This document shows positions 20,821 to 33,985 of a stretch of 64,000 nucleotides of DNA, piece by piece (within the stretch, counting starts at the first letter, position 1; each line of letters begins with the position of its first letter). This DNA comes from Microbotryum violaceum (lineage: Eukaryota), in NCBI GenBank assembly GCA_001244265.2, contig CDLV01000004.1:3162001-3226000 (forward strand), given 5' to 3'. A program made the position numbers and the translations under genes. The notes below the pieces were generated by a model. It was given only the letters and a program-made list of their open reading frames with translations. It searched no databases and was not told the origin of the DNA.

Positions 20821-22199
20821 CTAATTTCCCACAACACGCTTGGTCTCTCACAAGGCAAACTGGGTTTGAGAGGATCATGGCAAGGTATTAAGGTGTACAT
20901 TGGATGAAGTTGGAATTGAGTGTCTATAGGATATGAACGTTGCGTGGGGAACGAACAGGGTAAGCAAGATGCTCGGCCTTAAGCGCGCATAGGGGCCAGC
21001 AGAACTCACTGGGACAATGCCGTTCGAATGGCCGCTCCTGATAAGAAGGTGGTGCATGACGGGAAGGAGGGCAGCCGCTGGGAACTGGATAACCTCCAAT
21101 GGACAAGCGTCGAGACGAACGAGGAGGTGCTTCTTCTGGGGTCTTGCAGCTTGTCTCTCGAACCCTCGATAATCTCTTGGTCGAGCCTGCCAACCTGACT
21201 CTCGCTCGCCCCTAGGTTCAGTCGACCGATCGAAGCTTCAACTTGGGCGCCTTGACCCCCGAGCTCCTTGCGGTCAAAGTCGGAGCGAGTGGCGATTTGT
21301 GAGTTGTCCTCGGTGCACGCCACCGTCATGCGCAACTCAATCCTGGCAGTCTTGGTTGCGCCACCTCTCACCGTAACCGTTGACCCGCTGCAATGTGAAT
21401 AAGAGACTGAAAAGCGTGTACTCCAACCGTGGAGAGAAGACAATGGTTGGTGCGCATCGTCAGGCTTCACTAAACAGGCAAGCACTTCTAGACAGATTAC
21501 CAATGAACGCGCCATTCCTAGCCCTCATTCCCAACACACCAACTCGCCCCTTCACGCAATGAATTGATAAGCCCCATCGCGTGTACAAACTGATAGTGCT
21601 TCTGAGTTCCGAGCCCTTTGGTGAGGATGTCCGCAGCCATGGTGCCCGTGGGCACCCAGACCATCTCGATTGTGCCCTCCACAATGTGATCTCGGATGAA
21701 GTGGAAATGGATACCGATGTGTTTGGTGCGAGCATGGAAAGCCGGGTGTTTGGCCAGAGTGATAGCCAATTGGTTGTCACCCCTCAGACGAGTCAGCAAT
21801 GTCTGCTCAAAACCAAGATTGGCCAGCAGCCGACGCAACCAGATCCCCTCACGAGCGGCGTACGACATGGCCACATATTTGGCCTTGGTGCTCGACAGAG
21901 TGACAAGAGTCTGAGGTTTGGCGATCCAGGAGATTGCCCTGCCAGCGCACGTGAAGACGTAACCCGAGACGCTGCGGCGGGTCACAGGGTCGGCACCATG
22001 GTCCGCGTCAACAAAACCCTCCAAAATGGCCGACATTGGCTGATGGGTTTTCTGGTATTGAATGCCAAAGTTACGAGTGCCGACGAGGCACCAGAGAATG
22101 TGCTTGAGCGCCTCCCAATGTTCTGCCTCGAAAGTTGTTACAGAAACGAGCAGCCTTGGACACGGCAAAAGCGATGTTGGGCCGAGTAGTGCCGGACAG

Positions 22200-22385
22200 T
22201 GGAAGCACCGCGTGCAGCGGTGCTCCAGAATGATAGACAGGATCAAACAATAGTAATTCACTAGAACCTCGGGTCAGTGAGCTGGCGAAAGCCAAGGGAG
22301 GTTCTAGGCGCGCGCAAGCTATTCAACTAAGCCAAAAGTTCTATCGCCTTCCATTGTACCTCGGGCAAAGGCCTCAGGCCTTGCA
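22200..22385. mobile_element. Solo LTR (186 bp) inserted in the Copia #2 RT
   Basis: TGGAAG...CTTGCA ends, 5-bp TSD GACAG; removal restores [12 protein letters not shown]. Confidence 0.85.
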
Positions 22386-23922
22386 GACAGATACAGAAGC
22401 TTGCGGACAATGGCACGGTACGGTATGGAAGCGGGGTTGAAATCAGAGTTCACACGGTTCCTCAGCATCGACGGTGCCGCAAGCGGGGTGGGACGCGGGG
22501 AGGCGTTGGCCATGTTGTATTCCTCGAGAATCACATCCACAAAATAAGATTGAGTAACAATGGCCACACCCGTTTTGCCCTCACGGATTATACTCTGACC
22601 CAGGAAGAAAGACGCCTCGTCCGTGCTGCGAGCCTCGAAATGCGCCTTAAGCTGAGTGAGAACACCGTCGAGGTTGCCATCACCCGTGAGCAGTCCGTCG
22701 TTGACATGAATGGAAAGGAAACAGCGCTTATCCCCTTCCCTGCAAATGAAGACGGCATGATTGCTGTCGGTACGCGTGAATCTGATTGACAAAATCCACT
22801 CAGTGAAGACCTTGTACCACTCCCTACATGCCTGGACGAGTCCGTACAGCGCGTGCTGAAGGCGCACGACTGACCCACTGGGCAGACGCATGTAGATCTC
22901 TGTCCCACCAAGATTGCCGTTGAGGTATGCCAACGAGACGTCGAATTGCTGGGTCTCCCACTCGTTCTCAACGGCAAGGGCGAGCAGCAGGCGATGGGAG
23001 GCGGCACGGCCAGTAGGCGAGAACGAGTCAATTTGCTCAGCCTGACGCCTCTGCATGTCCCCACGCGCAATAAGGCGAGCTTTGTACTTTACAATTTTGC
23101 CCTCGGCGTTGCGCTTCACCATGAGGACCCACATACTGCCGATTACAATAGCCCCGCAAGGGGGACAAACCGGCTTGGAAAATGTTTGCTTCGCTGCCAG
23201 TGCGCCCTCCTCGGTTGCCATGGCCACCAGCCAGTAGTTGCGGAACGGACCAGCGAGTGCCGCGCGAACGGAAGGGGAGTCATCCTTGTTGACTTTGGCA
23301 AGAAAGGCAGTCGCTTCCTCGTACAAGTACAGCTGGACGTTGGGATCGTCCTCGTCAAAATCCTTGATCAAGACGGAGGCGTGCGCGGCAAACTCCAAGT
23401 TGTGAGCCGCGCGGGCGAAACCCAGGTAGTCAGGGGGGTGACGAGCACGAGTGGAACGATCACCCACAGGAGGGGCGTTTGCCGGACCTGGGTTGGAGAA
23501 CACGAGGGTGGGCGGGACAGGTGGGGCCACAACATTGACCGGACCAGCCACGGGCAGGACAGCAACGGTGGGGGCAACAGCGGGAGCGACCGCGACGGCG
23601 GGTGCGACGCCCGCAGGATTGACAGTATCGTCGTCGTCAGGGGGAAGGTCGGGCGGAGGAACTCTGCGCGGGACGGGCGGATAGGACAGAATGGCGGGCG
23701 CAACAACAGTAGGTACAGGGTTTGCCGCGGCGGGGAAGAAGCGATCTTCGAAGAACTTGACCTGAGACAACTTGAAGACCTTGTTGCCAACCGGGTCGTA
23801 GAAGCGCCAGGCTTTAGAGCGCAAAGAGTACGCAACAAAGTAGCACAGGCGCAAACGCGGAGCCAACTTGTTGGAACGTTGTTTGGGAGCGAACGGTACC
23901 TGGGCGGCGCAGCCCCAGATTT

Positions 23923-24126
23923 TGTCACGATTGATGCTGAAAGACACGAGATTGCTCTCGAGCCTCACTGGTTCCGAGTCCAAACTGAAAAGATCAAACG
24001 GTGTAATTCGCAGGCGAAGAAAGACTACTAAAAGGACTAAGGTCAAGAGGCGCCCGTGGCGCCGCGCGCAAGTAAGGCTTCGGCCGCTGAGGTTGTCGTG
24101 AGGCGTAAGCGGAGCGGCACCTTACA
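23923..24126. mobile_element. Solo LTR (204 bp) inserted in the Copia #2 integrase
   Basis: TGTCA...TTACA ends; degenerate TSD (GATTT/GATGC); removal restores RPRIWGC. Confidence 0.7.
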
Positions 24127-27100
24127 GATGCGGGGACGACGGGTGGACGTAACGGGACTCGCAGCGGCGTGAAGAACGGCATCAGGGGTGCGCTGCTGCA
24201 GAGGCGACGACGGGAGGAGGTTGATAACGTAGATGGCCGCCTGCGCAGCCTCTTCCCACCGTGATGACGGCAGTCCCGAACGATGAAGCCACGCCCGAAC
24301 AGAGTTGAGAATTGTACGCCAACTCCGCTCCTGTATGCCCATCTGACCGTGCTCGTATGCCGTGGATAGCTCGTGAAAAATGCCCCGATCAGCAAGCCAA
24401 TCCCGGAGGGTGTTGTTGATGAACTTCCCCCCCCCCCCCCCCTATCCGTGCGCAAGGTCGCCACTCCCGGGCCAGGATACTGGATCTTCAACATCGCAAC
24501 GAAGCCCTTGACTACGGACAAAGCCTCGCTCTTGAGCCGAATGCCGCGAGCCCAGTGGAAACGCGAGTGTTCATCCGTGATACCGCACAGATATTGGACG
24601 CCGGACAGAGCAGGGACAGGGGAAGGCCCCCACACGTCGGCAAAGACCCGAGCGAAAGGTGCGTTGGCGGGGTGGTGGGCAGCCTCACAACTGGGGGCAG
24701 ACACGGCCTTGCCGGAACAGCAGGCATCGCACTGATCAAGGAGACGAAGTTGATCCCGGGTTAAAGCAGAGATGTCGAGGGAAATGTTGCCCGACTTAGC
24801 AAGTTCTACCAAACGACCCCAGGACAGATGTCCCAAACGCTGATGCCAAAGCACTACATCTGTAGGCAAGGAGGTGGCTGTCAGCGCTTGGTGATCTGCC
24901 AGAGGAAGTGAGGCCGGACTCGCCTGGAGAACGTACTGGTTGCGATCGAGAGCGAAGGTGAGACTCGAAGCCGGACCCGAGACGGTGAGACCAGAGTGTT
25001 CGCCCGCGGCGTCGCAAATCGCAGACAGCTGGTACCCAACCTTCATAAGACTGGCAAGATAGACGAGCTCGGCAGACAGACCCGAGACGAGAAGGACGTC
25101 ACGGAGCTTGAGAGGCGCACCATTGGCGTCAAGCGAAGGGTGCCCTTGCCGACAGCCATGGCGCTGGACTTGAATGCGCCGACTATGCGCACCCACTCCG
25201 TCATGAAAGGCTGGAAGTCGACCAAGAGATCCCAACGAGTGGTCATGTGGCGCGTCGCCCCCGAGTCGAGGAGGTAGCGGGGACCGTCGTGCAAGTACAG
25301 CGCAGAGACTTTGGTGTCAAGGGCGATGTCGACAAAATAGTTATCGTAAGACTCGTCGTCAACCGATGGGTCAGGGCTGTACTCAGCCACGAGTGCCATT
25401 GTGTTGGCCGCGTCGATGGAGATGTTGTGCTTGGCTAAGACGGCAACCCGAAGACGGGACAGTTCGGTCGAGGGGACGGTACATTCGTTGCCAAGATGAC
25501 CGTGCTCGTAGCATTTCCGACACTGTGAGGGGCCCAGCCTCAGGCGACCTTTCTGCGCAACCCCGTGCGGCCACTTGTCCACGAGACCCGGTACCTTCGA
25601 AGCCAAGAGAAAACTGGACTTCGGTTTGCCTGACGAACGAGCGGGGCGCCTGCAACGACCCTGAGTCTTCGCCACGAGGGCTTTGGCGACATTGGTGCCG
25701 GAAGAGCGAGACATCGCCGCGCGACGAATGCGCGACGAATTGCGCCCTCCACATCACTGAGCGAGGGGATAGGGCCGAGGGCGCCAATAACCGTAACAAT
25801 AGGCCGTGGCATCCTCGCCTTCAAGAGGTCCATGCGGATACCTTCCGACAACGCAGGCGGCGGAATCCACTTGTCAAACTCAGCTTGCGTGTACTTGACC
25901 CCGTCGATCTTGGCGCGCTGGTAGGCCTTGTTGCGGGAAACATGCGCGGCGTTGAGATCGATGAACAGCCGGTTGAAGCGCGACAACCAAGGGTCGAGAG
26001 GATCTCCATCGACATAGGCTTGGTACTGAAAGAGCGCATCGAGTTTCCCCAACCACGCGAAGTCGTGTGATGCGGCGCCAAGATCCTTATCGAGGGCTGC
26101 CCACAGCTCGTGCGTGAACTGATCGGCGATGCGCGCGAACGTGGCTTCCCCCAGGCACACGAACAAGATGTTGCGGGCCTGCGCCAGGGCTTGATCGAGG
26201 TCGTCGACGTCATGACGGTAGTTCCGATGTTGTGTACGGAATGTGGCTACGTCGGCCACAGTGGAGCCACCCAGCGTACGGGTGAACTCGGACTGTTCGG
26301 GCTCGGGGCCCACGCTGAGTTCGGTCGTGACATGCTTGAACTGGCCATCGCCCTCCAACACCTGTTGGAGTCGATCCTTGGCCGTTCCCCAATTTGTGGC
26401 GTCGACATTGCCATACAGGTTGCCCATAAGGCCGCGATGAGTGGCGGACCCGGAATCCACCGTGGTCGTAGCCATCTTGGATATGCGCTGCGTCTTTTCT
26501 GCGTGCGGATCTGTGCCTTGCGGCAATACAGACGCTACCAAATAAGAGACTGACGAGCGTGTAATCCAACCGTGGAGAGAAGACAACGGTTGGTGCGCAT
26601 CGTCAGGCTTCACTAAACAGGCGAGCGCTTCTAAACAGATTACCAATGAACGCGCCATTCCTAGCCCTCATTCCCAATGCACCAACTATGTGATGTGCTT
26701 TGCTGCAACAGCTGCGGTACTGCTCAGTAACGGAAACCTAGTGGTTGAAGTCGGGAGAGAACCGCGCGATGACGATCAAATGCACAGAGACTTCATTTCA
26801 TCACTGAACTACTTTTTCGTTCTCTGGGAGCCCGATGATGGGCTTAGACCGTCGTCGAGACCCGCGTCGATTGTAGACCTTTTCACGGGTGTCTGTCAGG
26901 TTCAAACTTTATCTCAGTTATTTTAGTAAGACTGGAGCCCTAGCCGACTAGGCCACCAAAAGGGAACAGTAATCAAGATGAAAGTTGATCACGAACTGAG
27001 CCCTTTAGCTGTCATGGGCTCCTAACCATGACAGTGTCGCAAGCTGACTTGCAAGCTGCCACGGGATGGTGAGCCGCAATTCAGTGAACCAGAGGTCTGT

Positions 27101-29164
27101 TTTTTGCGTGATTCGTTTATTTCAACTATCAGTATTTTTGCTGTTGTCCATCTGTAGCGATGGCAGTGAAGGCTCACATTTAGTGTCCCATGGACCCGGA
27201 TTATCAGCGGTACGAAGTCAATCCTTCCGCCGTCTCTACCCGTGGCCTTATGACTGCACATACGTCCCCCACCCTTAAAATGGTGTGTGCGTACAGCTCA
27301 ACATGCCCGTCAACGTTTACAGGTAGCGGCGTAGCGTTAGACCTTGCTCATTGTAGCTTCCTTCATGAGCGTTGTTGTAGAACATGTGGTATTTGTTGGC
27401 ATCGATGTCGTTTTCCCAGGCAGGCCACGGTGGGTGCCCCCCCCCCCCTTTTTCGGGGATAGGATCACCTCCTGTCTGAAGCCCGATGTCTGCTTTTATC
27501 TCACTTTGCGTCATACTTAAGACTGCACAGCCAATGCCAAGTGATAACTGACGCATGTAGTGTCACCAGCGGATGGCGAAGAAAAACAACTCGAGGGTTG
27601 ACATTCAAAGAAGACGTGTTGAAGGGACTTGCTGCTTTGTAGTTTTCCATTAGCTCCTCAACAATCCCACACCAAGAGCACATTTCATGAAGTCACTTAC
27701 TCGAATCCGTAGCTATGCTGCATGCGGCAGCCGTTTCTTGGGAAAACCTGTCCCGTATTCGTTGCAGAGTTCCACGACGACCGCTTCGGGTGTCGCGAGC
27801 TCGAGGCTTGTCTCGAGGACAGTTCGGGTCGGCCCACGCATTCGGTGTCCGCATCTCTGAGGCTGAATGGGTGGTTGGCTGACATTATGAAGGTATATCA
27901 ACGGGCTGCTCCCCTAAACGCTGTTCGCGTCACTTACTACACGAGAGGCATCCCTGTTGAGGGATCAATCGACACAATCTTCCCAAGCATTGTGACAACT
28001 ACTTGAGCCGTGTCGTGGGCCAGGACCGCATGACCAAGTTACCTTCGAGTAACTTGACTACATATTTCGTGGCCGTCGGCCTTCATGGAAGAGACGGTCG
28101 TGCGTTGTTTCGCGTACATTGCGGCAAGTTGATCGACGTCATCGACTGACAGAGTTGTTCGTTTTCGGTCCGCGAAGTTGTAGGATGGTTGTGTTGGGGC
28201 TTCTTCCATGAGTGGCGATGGGATGAGGTGCGATGGGTAAGGTCTGAAGAGCAGCTGAGGAGGGAGAAAGATGGAGAAGCCTGCGCCTCAATTTAAACCG
28301 GGTTCATAGAATGTCGCGGTGCGTGGTTAAGAGTCTGAAGACTTTATTAGGTTTTGTTTCCTGTTTCTGTTTCTGATGCTAAATGGGAGATATCCTTGCT
28401 TTATAAATCTTGCCCTGGCCTTACAAGTCACTAGCTTGAAAGTATGTTTAGCGCATGGTTAACACTTTACTTCTTAGTCTCTTCCCCGTTCGCTCTCGCA
28501 ACGGTGCTGACTGAAGTGTCATTCAGTGCGAGATACATAGCGTCCCAAACCTGGTGCTCGGTTCATGATTGATCAGGCAGGTCTGTTCAAAGTCGTCTTG
28601 ATCGCAGCAGGTTCTCCAGGCTTCGGATTAACGTTTCCTGAAGTGAGCTAGAGTCTCGCTCCTTGTTCAGCATTTTACGTCTGAATTTTCGTGTGACTTC
28701 ATTCGCAACTATCATCAATCATCTATCATCCTATCGACGAGCCTCGTGCCCGTCTTTCATCTCCCAGGCTCCACGTCTTGAGCTTCGAAAGCCTCTGTTG
28801 CGCTGGGAGCTCTGACCGGAAAGCCAACAAACCGATCATCTGCAACTCCACATGCACATACACCATCTCTCTAACTTCTATTCTTTAATGAGCGCCTTTG
28901 AAGAAATCGCCTTGTATATCTTTAGGGTTTTGCTCTCGTTTTTATGGAGGGACTAGTTCGAGATCCTTCGAATAACTCGAATCCTCTCGACCTACTATAC
29001 GTTCGACAGTCTCGGCATCGTACTCGTTCCAACCACCCCAACAGCCATCCTTCAACTCCTCGACCTAATCCAAGGGTTCCATCCATCAAAGTCTTCTCTT
29101 GGTGTGTGTGTGCTCAGCGCATCCTCCGTCTCGGTCGGGGTTGTTTTGTGTTCGAAGAACGTCT

Positions 29165-29804
29165 CTAGTGGTATCGATAATAGTCCATCGCGAGGTGGTA
29201 CATCCGATCTTGAGCGTCCTGTAGGGCCGGGGACAACGAAAAGAAGATAAGAATTTCTCCATTTATAGGCAAGGGGCTCGGCCGGCTCGGTACTCACATC
29301 TCTCATCTCGGGGAACTTGGGGTTCTTGTAAAAGCCGTTCAGGCCTTGGATGACCTGTATGAAGGAATCAACAACGTGGGGAAAGATGAGTTAGTTTTTA
29401 TATGGGCGATGAGGAGAGCGACTCAGAATTGTTGTGAAGCCCGAGGCAGGGACAGCGTGTGAACCCTCTCTCCGGCCGAACACGCCGACTCCCCGGCGTC
29501 TCACTATAACCAGCGGTGGAAGTCGTAGGTCAGGTCAGAGACGATAGCGCAGTTAATGTGGTCCAGCGCCCGATAAGGGTCGTCTCTTTGTAGACTAGCT
29601 GGAATTCAAATTCTCATTCTCACTATAACCAGTCCCATAAGGCCCGACCGGCCTGTTTATTAGTTCACGTTGTTGGCAATCATCATCCCGACTCACATTG
29701 TTGTAGTTCTTCTCCGTGACCGTACCATCATCCCTGACCTGAATGACGAACTTGCCGTTGTAGTACTCCCTCACGATTTGGGCCTTGGGGGGTCGACGAG
29801 CCAT
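29165..29804 (-). CDS. 72-aa microprotein, Con-6-N-module family, copy D
   Basis: Exons 29697-29804, 29298-29354, 29165-29218, phase-0 GT-AG introns: MARRPPKAQIVREYYNGKFVIQVRDDGTVTEKNYNN/VIQGLNGFYKNPKFPEMRD/DAQDRMYHLAMDYYRYH. Confidence 0.8.
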
Positions 29805-30258
29805 TGGGAGCGTCGGCGGAGGAACCGAGGGCGGGAAGGCACAAAGGAGAAACGAGAGGAGCATCCATACATAATGCCGCGAGTAAATGGTGCATTTACA
29901 AATTACGCGCGCGCGTTTACCTCCGAAGCTTGACCCATCTACCCCGGTAAGTAAGGTGCAAAGTTCACTTACAAATGGTGCATTCTTCGCCCAAGCTGGT
30001 GCGTTTGCTCCCGAAAAAAGGTGCGTTTACCAATTAAGGATGGTGCATCTACCACGTAGCGGGGCAATCCGCTGTATCTCGTATAGTATGCCATGTATCA
30101 CCCTGAAACTTGACGAGCCCTTTTACATGACCACGAAGTACGTCCACCCTTGGTAAGAAGCACTCTCACCCGGATCTCATTTCGTTGGAAATCGGGGGAA
30201 ATCGTGCCTGCACCCCGGCTCTCGTCCCAGCGGCCATCATCCGGAACCCCGGACCGAG

Positions 30259-31918
30259 TTTTTTTTTTATTTTTTTATGAGAAGAGGACAAAAATGCCCT
30301 CGAAAGATAGCGAAAGGACGAAAATGACCTCGCTTCTTTTTATGAGGACAGAGATGCCCTTCTCTAAAGGACCAAAATGCCCTCGGATTCTCGACTTCTG
30401 TAATACTTGGTATATCAGCTCATAACCAAGAGGGTAGCTTTTTGTAGTCGTTGTGATGCTCATAACCAAGAGGGTAGCTTTTTGTAGTCGTTGTGATCAG
30501 CGCCGTATACTCAGAATCCCCAGAGATGCCGTGAGAATTCATATATCACGGTTGCAAAGTCAGGGCCCTATCGCGACTGAAGCGAGTCCAAGTCGAAAGC
30601 GAGCGATGAGTATAGACCGAGTGAATTCCATATGAAAAAGGTCAGCAGTAGAAGCATTGACAGTTTTGACGCCTTATGCTCAAATTCAAATGGTCTATCT
30701 ATCTATCGCATGTAACTCGGTTGTGTCCGGGGCCTTTGCAGAGACCACAGATCGTGTCGCGCTTGGACCTCTCATCCGCACCTCGGATCCTGCGTTTGAT
30801 CGGACGTCGTATAGGCTTGGAGAGATGTGACGGAATGATAATGACACCCTCTTCTTCGCCAGTTGAGTCACTATCGTCAACTTCACCATGACCTCATGAC
30901 GCTCACGAGGAAGACGATGCAACTTCCATTCGGCCCGAGATGAAACAGGTTGGAGCGGTGTCGCGTAAGTCTGCTCTTGCTGTCGCCGGTGTGCAGCAGC
31001 GATCGGTGACTGTGGGCTTCATTAAGAACAATGATGGTCCAAACACTGCATTCTCCTTTGGAGATAGCAGTGGCAGAGAAGGAGCACGGAGGATCTTGGA
31101 CACTCTTGCTCACGACGCGTGTCAGTCTTGCGAATGTCGAGCTGAAACTGGTGATCAAGCGCATATTGATGGCCCGCATCTGTGAGCTCCTTCTTTTCGT
31201 AGAGACTTTCCCCCTCCCTGAAAAAATGTTCCATTGTCGAAAGTCGGTGGTGACTTCGATGTCGAGGCGAGAATGCGGAAGGTGGCCAACCTCGATTCGC
31301 GAACTCGCGCGCCTCGACGCGTCGACGATCGATGAGGACCCCTGACTTTGCGACCGTGATATATGAATTCTCACGGCATCTCTGGGGATTCTGAGTATAC
31401 GGCGCTGATCACAACGACTACAAAAAGCTACCCTCTTGGTTATGAGCTGATATACCAAGTATTACAGAAGTCGAGAATCCGAGGGCATTTTGGTCCTTTA
31501 GAGAAGGGCATCTCTGTCCTCATAAAAAGAAGCGAGGTCGTTTTCGTCCTTTCGCTATCTTTCGAGGGCATTTTTGTCCTTTTCTCTTTTTTATTTGATA
31601 GACTTCATTAACCGCATAACTAGAAATCTTCGGAAAAGTCGGAGGGAATGCTGTTACGCACACTGGCAGAAGCTAGTAGTGTAGGATTCATTGACCCTGA
31701 ACCAGGATCAACCATACCCACTAAGACCCCCTTTGCAGTGGTGGCTTACAGAAACACTAGGCGACCCTTGGACTCCTGAATAGAGGCTCGAAGCCCCTCG
31801 AAGTCCGTTTCGGTGATCGGTTCCAAAAGATCCGACGAGAATCGGCGACGGCGACAGAGCTTCCAGATCGAGTGAAAGAAGAGGACTCGTAGTTCGACAA
31901 GTCGACGTTCCGAGCGAG
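30259..31918 (-). mobile_element. 3' fragment of LINE family B (~330 bp plus tail), split by a MULE in its tail
   Basis: 31587-31918 is the reverse complement of ~49428-49770; the T-rich tail continues at 30259-30278. Confidence 0.9.
30279..31586 (-). mobile_element. Internally deleted Mutator-like element (MULE)
   Basis: ~245-bp TIRs (30279-~30565 including a 40-bp duplication; ~31340-31586) starting GAGAA, TSD TTTTTTAT; internal FREGESLYEKKELTDAGHQYALDHQFQLDIRKTD..C..C.VWTIIVLNEAHSH resembles the MuDR N-terminal zinc DNA-binding domain. Confidence 0.85.
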
Positions 31919-32379
31919 TAGCCACCCCCCCCCCCCCCCACACCCTAGGCTGCAATACAATGACTAAGATGATCAATCATCTCGGAGCTGCTGGATGTCG
32001 GAGCTGCTGGATGTGTCCATATGGGGTGCGACACTTTGTATAGCATTCCTCGCCGTATTTCCTGCCTCAGCAACTTGACGGACAAGGAAGATCATTGACT
32101 GCCTTTCCAAACCATCCGTGAACCTGTCCTAAAAAAGCTAGTAGCACATCACCAAGTGTTCTCGCAAATGTCACTAGCCGCGATCATTATATCATTATAT
32201 ATATACATCCTTCCGTTCTACTCAAAGTGGCACGGCTTAGGATCGACGACCTCATTCCTCTTCTTGCAGCTGCTCCAAATAAACCATGACCAATGTGAGT
32301 GTTCTGGTGACAAGGAAGGATCCGATGCAGGTTGGGAGAGCCCATACCTTGAATTGACTCCAACATCAGATTCGTCTTG

Positions 32380-33985
32380 CGAGCCCGGCATTGAGTGCAA
32401 GGCTTCAGCTTCAGCGAAGCCGCGCAGCTTTGAAAAAGGATTCTTCCCTCTTGCGCTTCGATCGGCGAGGGCTTGGGGTGCTTGTGGATATAGCGGCAAT
32501 TGACCGAACGGCCAATGTACGTGTTTGATACCTTGGCAAGCAAGCAACGACCTCGAGTGCCTCAGACACCGGCAGAGAGTTGGTAGGGTCGAACTTTACG
32601 ACCCTCTGGAGTCTCATCGGCGGCGCATCTGGCATCGAACCAATCGTTGCAATTGATAGTGCCGGGTTGGGCCGCGGGCTTCGCGAAATTAACGGAGCAG
32701 TACATTGAGCGTCGGGATTGGACTCAGAGGTGTACATTGTGCCGATCGAAGGGTCAATCAGAACAAGGGTAGGCGCGGAAATTTCAATGCCGGGCGATCC
32801 CAAGGGCTTCTCTTCGAGCTCCGGCGAACTCTCCTTGAGCGCGAGTGGTACAGATTCTGCATACACAAATGTCGGCCTCAATATCAAGCAAGCTTGAACT
32901 ATCACTAAGATTAGATCGTTGAGATCAACAGTAGAATGACTGACCGGGAACCGGCGGAGGAGCTCCAGTCGCCCCTCGCAAATCGAGGGGAGGGGGGTCA
33001 AAATTTGCTTCCAACTCCGTGTCACACCGCAAGCGCGCATGAACAACAACGTCTGACATGTATGCGCGTTGGTCAGCATATAAGTTGTCCTGTAGTGGCT
33101 TGGGTGGGCTCCAGCTCCAGTCTAATTCAGACTGAAACGCAACCGCCGCGACCAATTTTCCATCGTTCGACAAATGAAGACGCCGCAAGCGTTGCCATCG
33201 GGCTGTCGCATAAACTCTGACCTAGGCATCAAGTCTACCTTCTTCGGTGCTCGCGGTTTCACGATCACTCGCTCCCGCTCTGCGTACGGGATTGTGGGCC
33301 GGTCACTGCCTCCGGTGACACGAGGGATGGGTCCTTCTGCCCGAGCCGTGAGGAAAGCAACGATGTTCTGCGATCATCAGCTCGGCGGATTATAGTCAGC
33401 CTATCAGGTAAGCGGGATCCACACAAGTCTCTTCTCCCTCTCACCTTCAAACAAGTGGCAAAATCTATTTGCAGGCTGTTTATTCGTGCTCCTGTTCCGG
33501 TTGGTTTCGCCAATGAAGGATAGGAGGAGGATCGGTGAGGAATAATTTTGTCAGTTTTGCTTCCTAATCAGCAACTTCAACTAGCCATCAGTGACTGCTT
33601 ATGCTTGGAACCAGTATCGAAATACTTCGGTAGCCATGCACAAAGGAAGCTTGAGAATTGATATGGTGTCCTTGAGCGTCCATTCATCTGCTTTCCTTCG
33701 GTCGCCAAGAATCAGCGGCCATTGCCCGTAGTCGGCTTTCTCTTCCGCCGACCAGAGGCGGTTCGACGACATGATCGCTTGACGTTTGGCTTGCATTGTG
33801 TCATACTCCAGCGGTATATGGTTGGATACACAATTTTCGAGGAGGTTGACGACTTGGCGCAGTCGATCCATGGCTTCTTCGCCGCCATCGGAGGAGCTGG
33901 CTTCGGAGTCGTCGACGGCGGGGTCTGAGTCGGCGTTCGAGTCGACATCGTCGGAGCAGTCCTCACTCCTCAGGAGTCATTGAAA
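32380..33985 (-). pseudogene. Degenerate cargo gene(s) of unknown function inside the TA-flanked element
   Basis: ORFs 33599-33871 (acidic upstream extension with a stop) and 32411-33079; no family recognised. Confidence 0.35.

Larger units (their letters stand above)
21398..26687 (-). mobile_element. Ty1/Copia LTR retrotransposon #2, degenerate, with non-canonical LTR termini
   Basis: 147-bp LTRs 21398-21544 and 26541-26687, TSD ATGTG, PBS TGGTAGCG directly after the 5' LTR; LDSGATRHM protease, WHQRLGH/TDRGG integrase, [22 protein letters not shown] RNase H. Confidence 0.95.

Noticed and set aside
24427-24443. Long C run in Copia #2 integrase as a programmed frameshift site
   Set aside because: Lies in the TDRGGE motif of an already degenerate element; homopolymer expansion or sequencing artefact is more likely.
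26693-28210. Possible decayed minus-strand gene split by the Copia insertions
   Set aside because: Only short stop-ridden fragments; could not assemble or assign a product.
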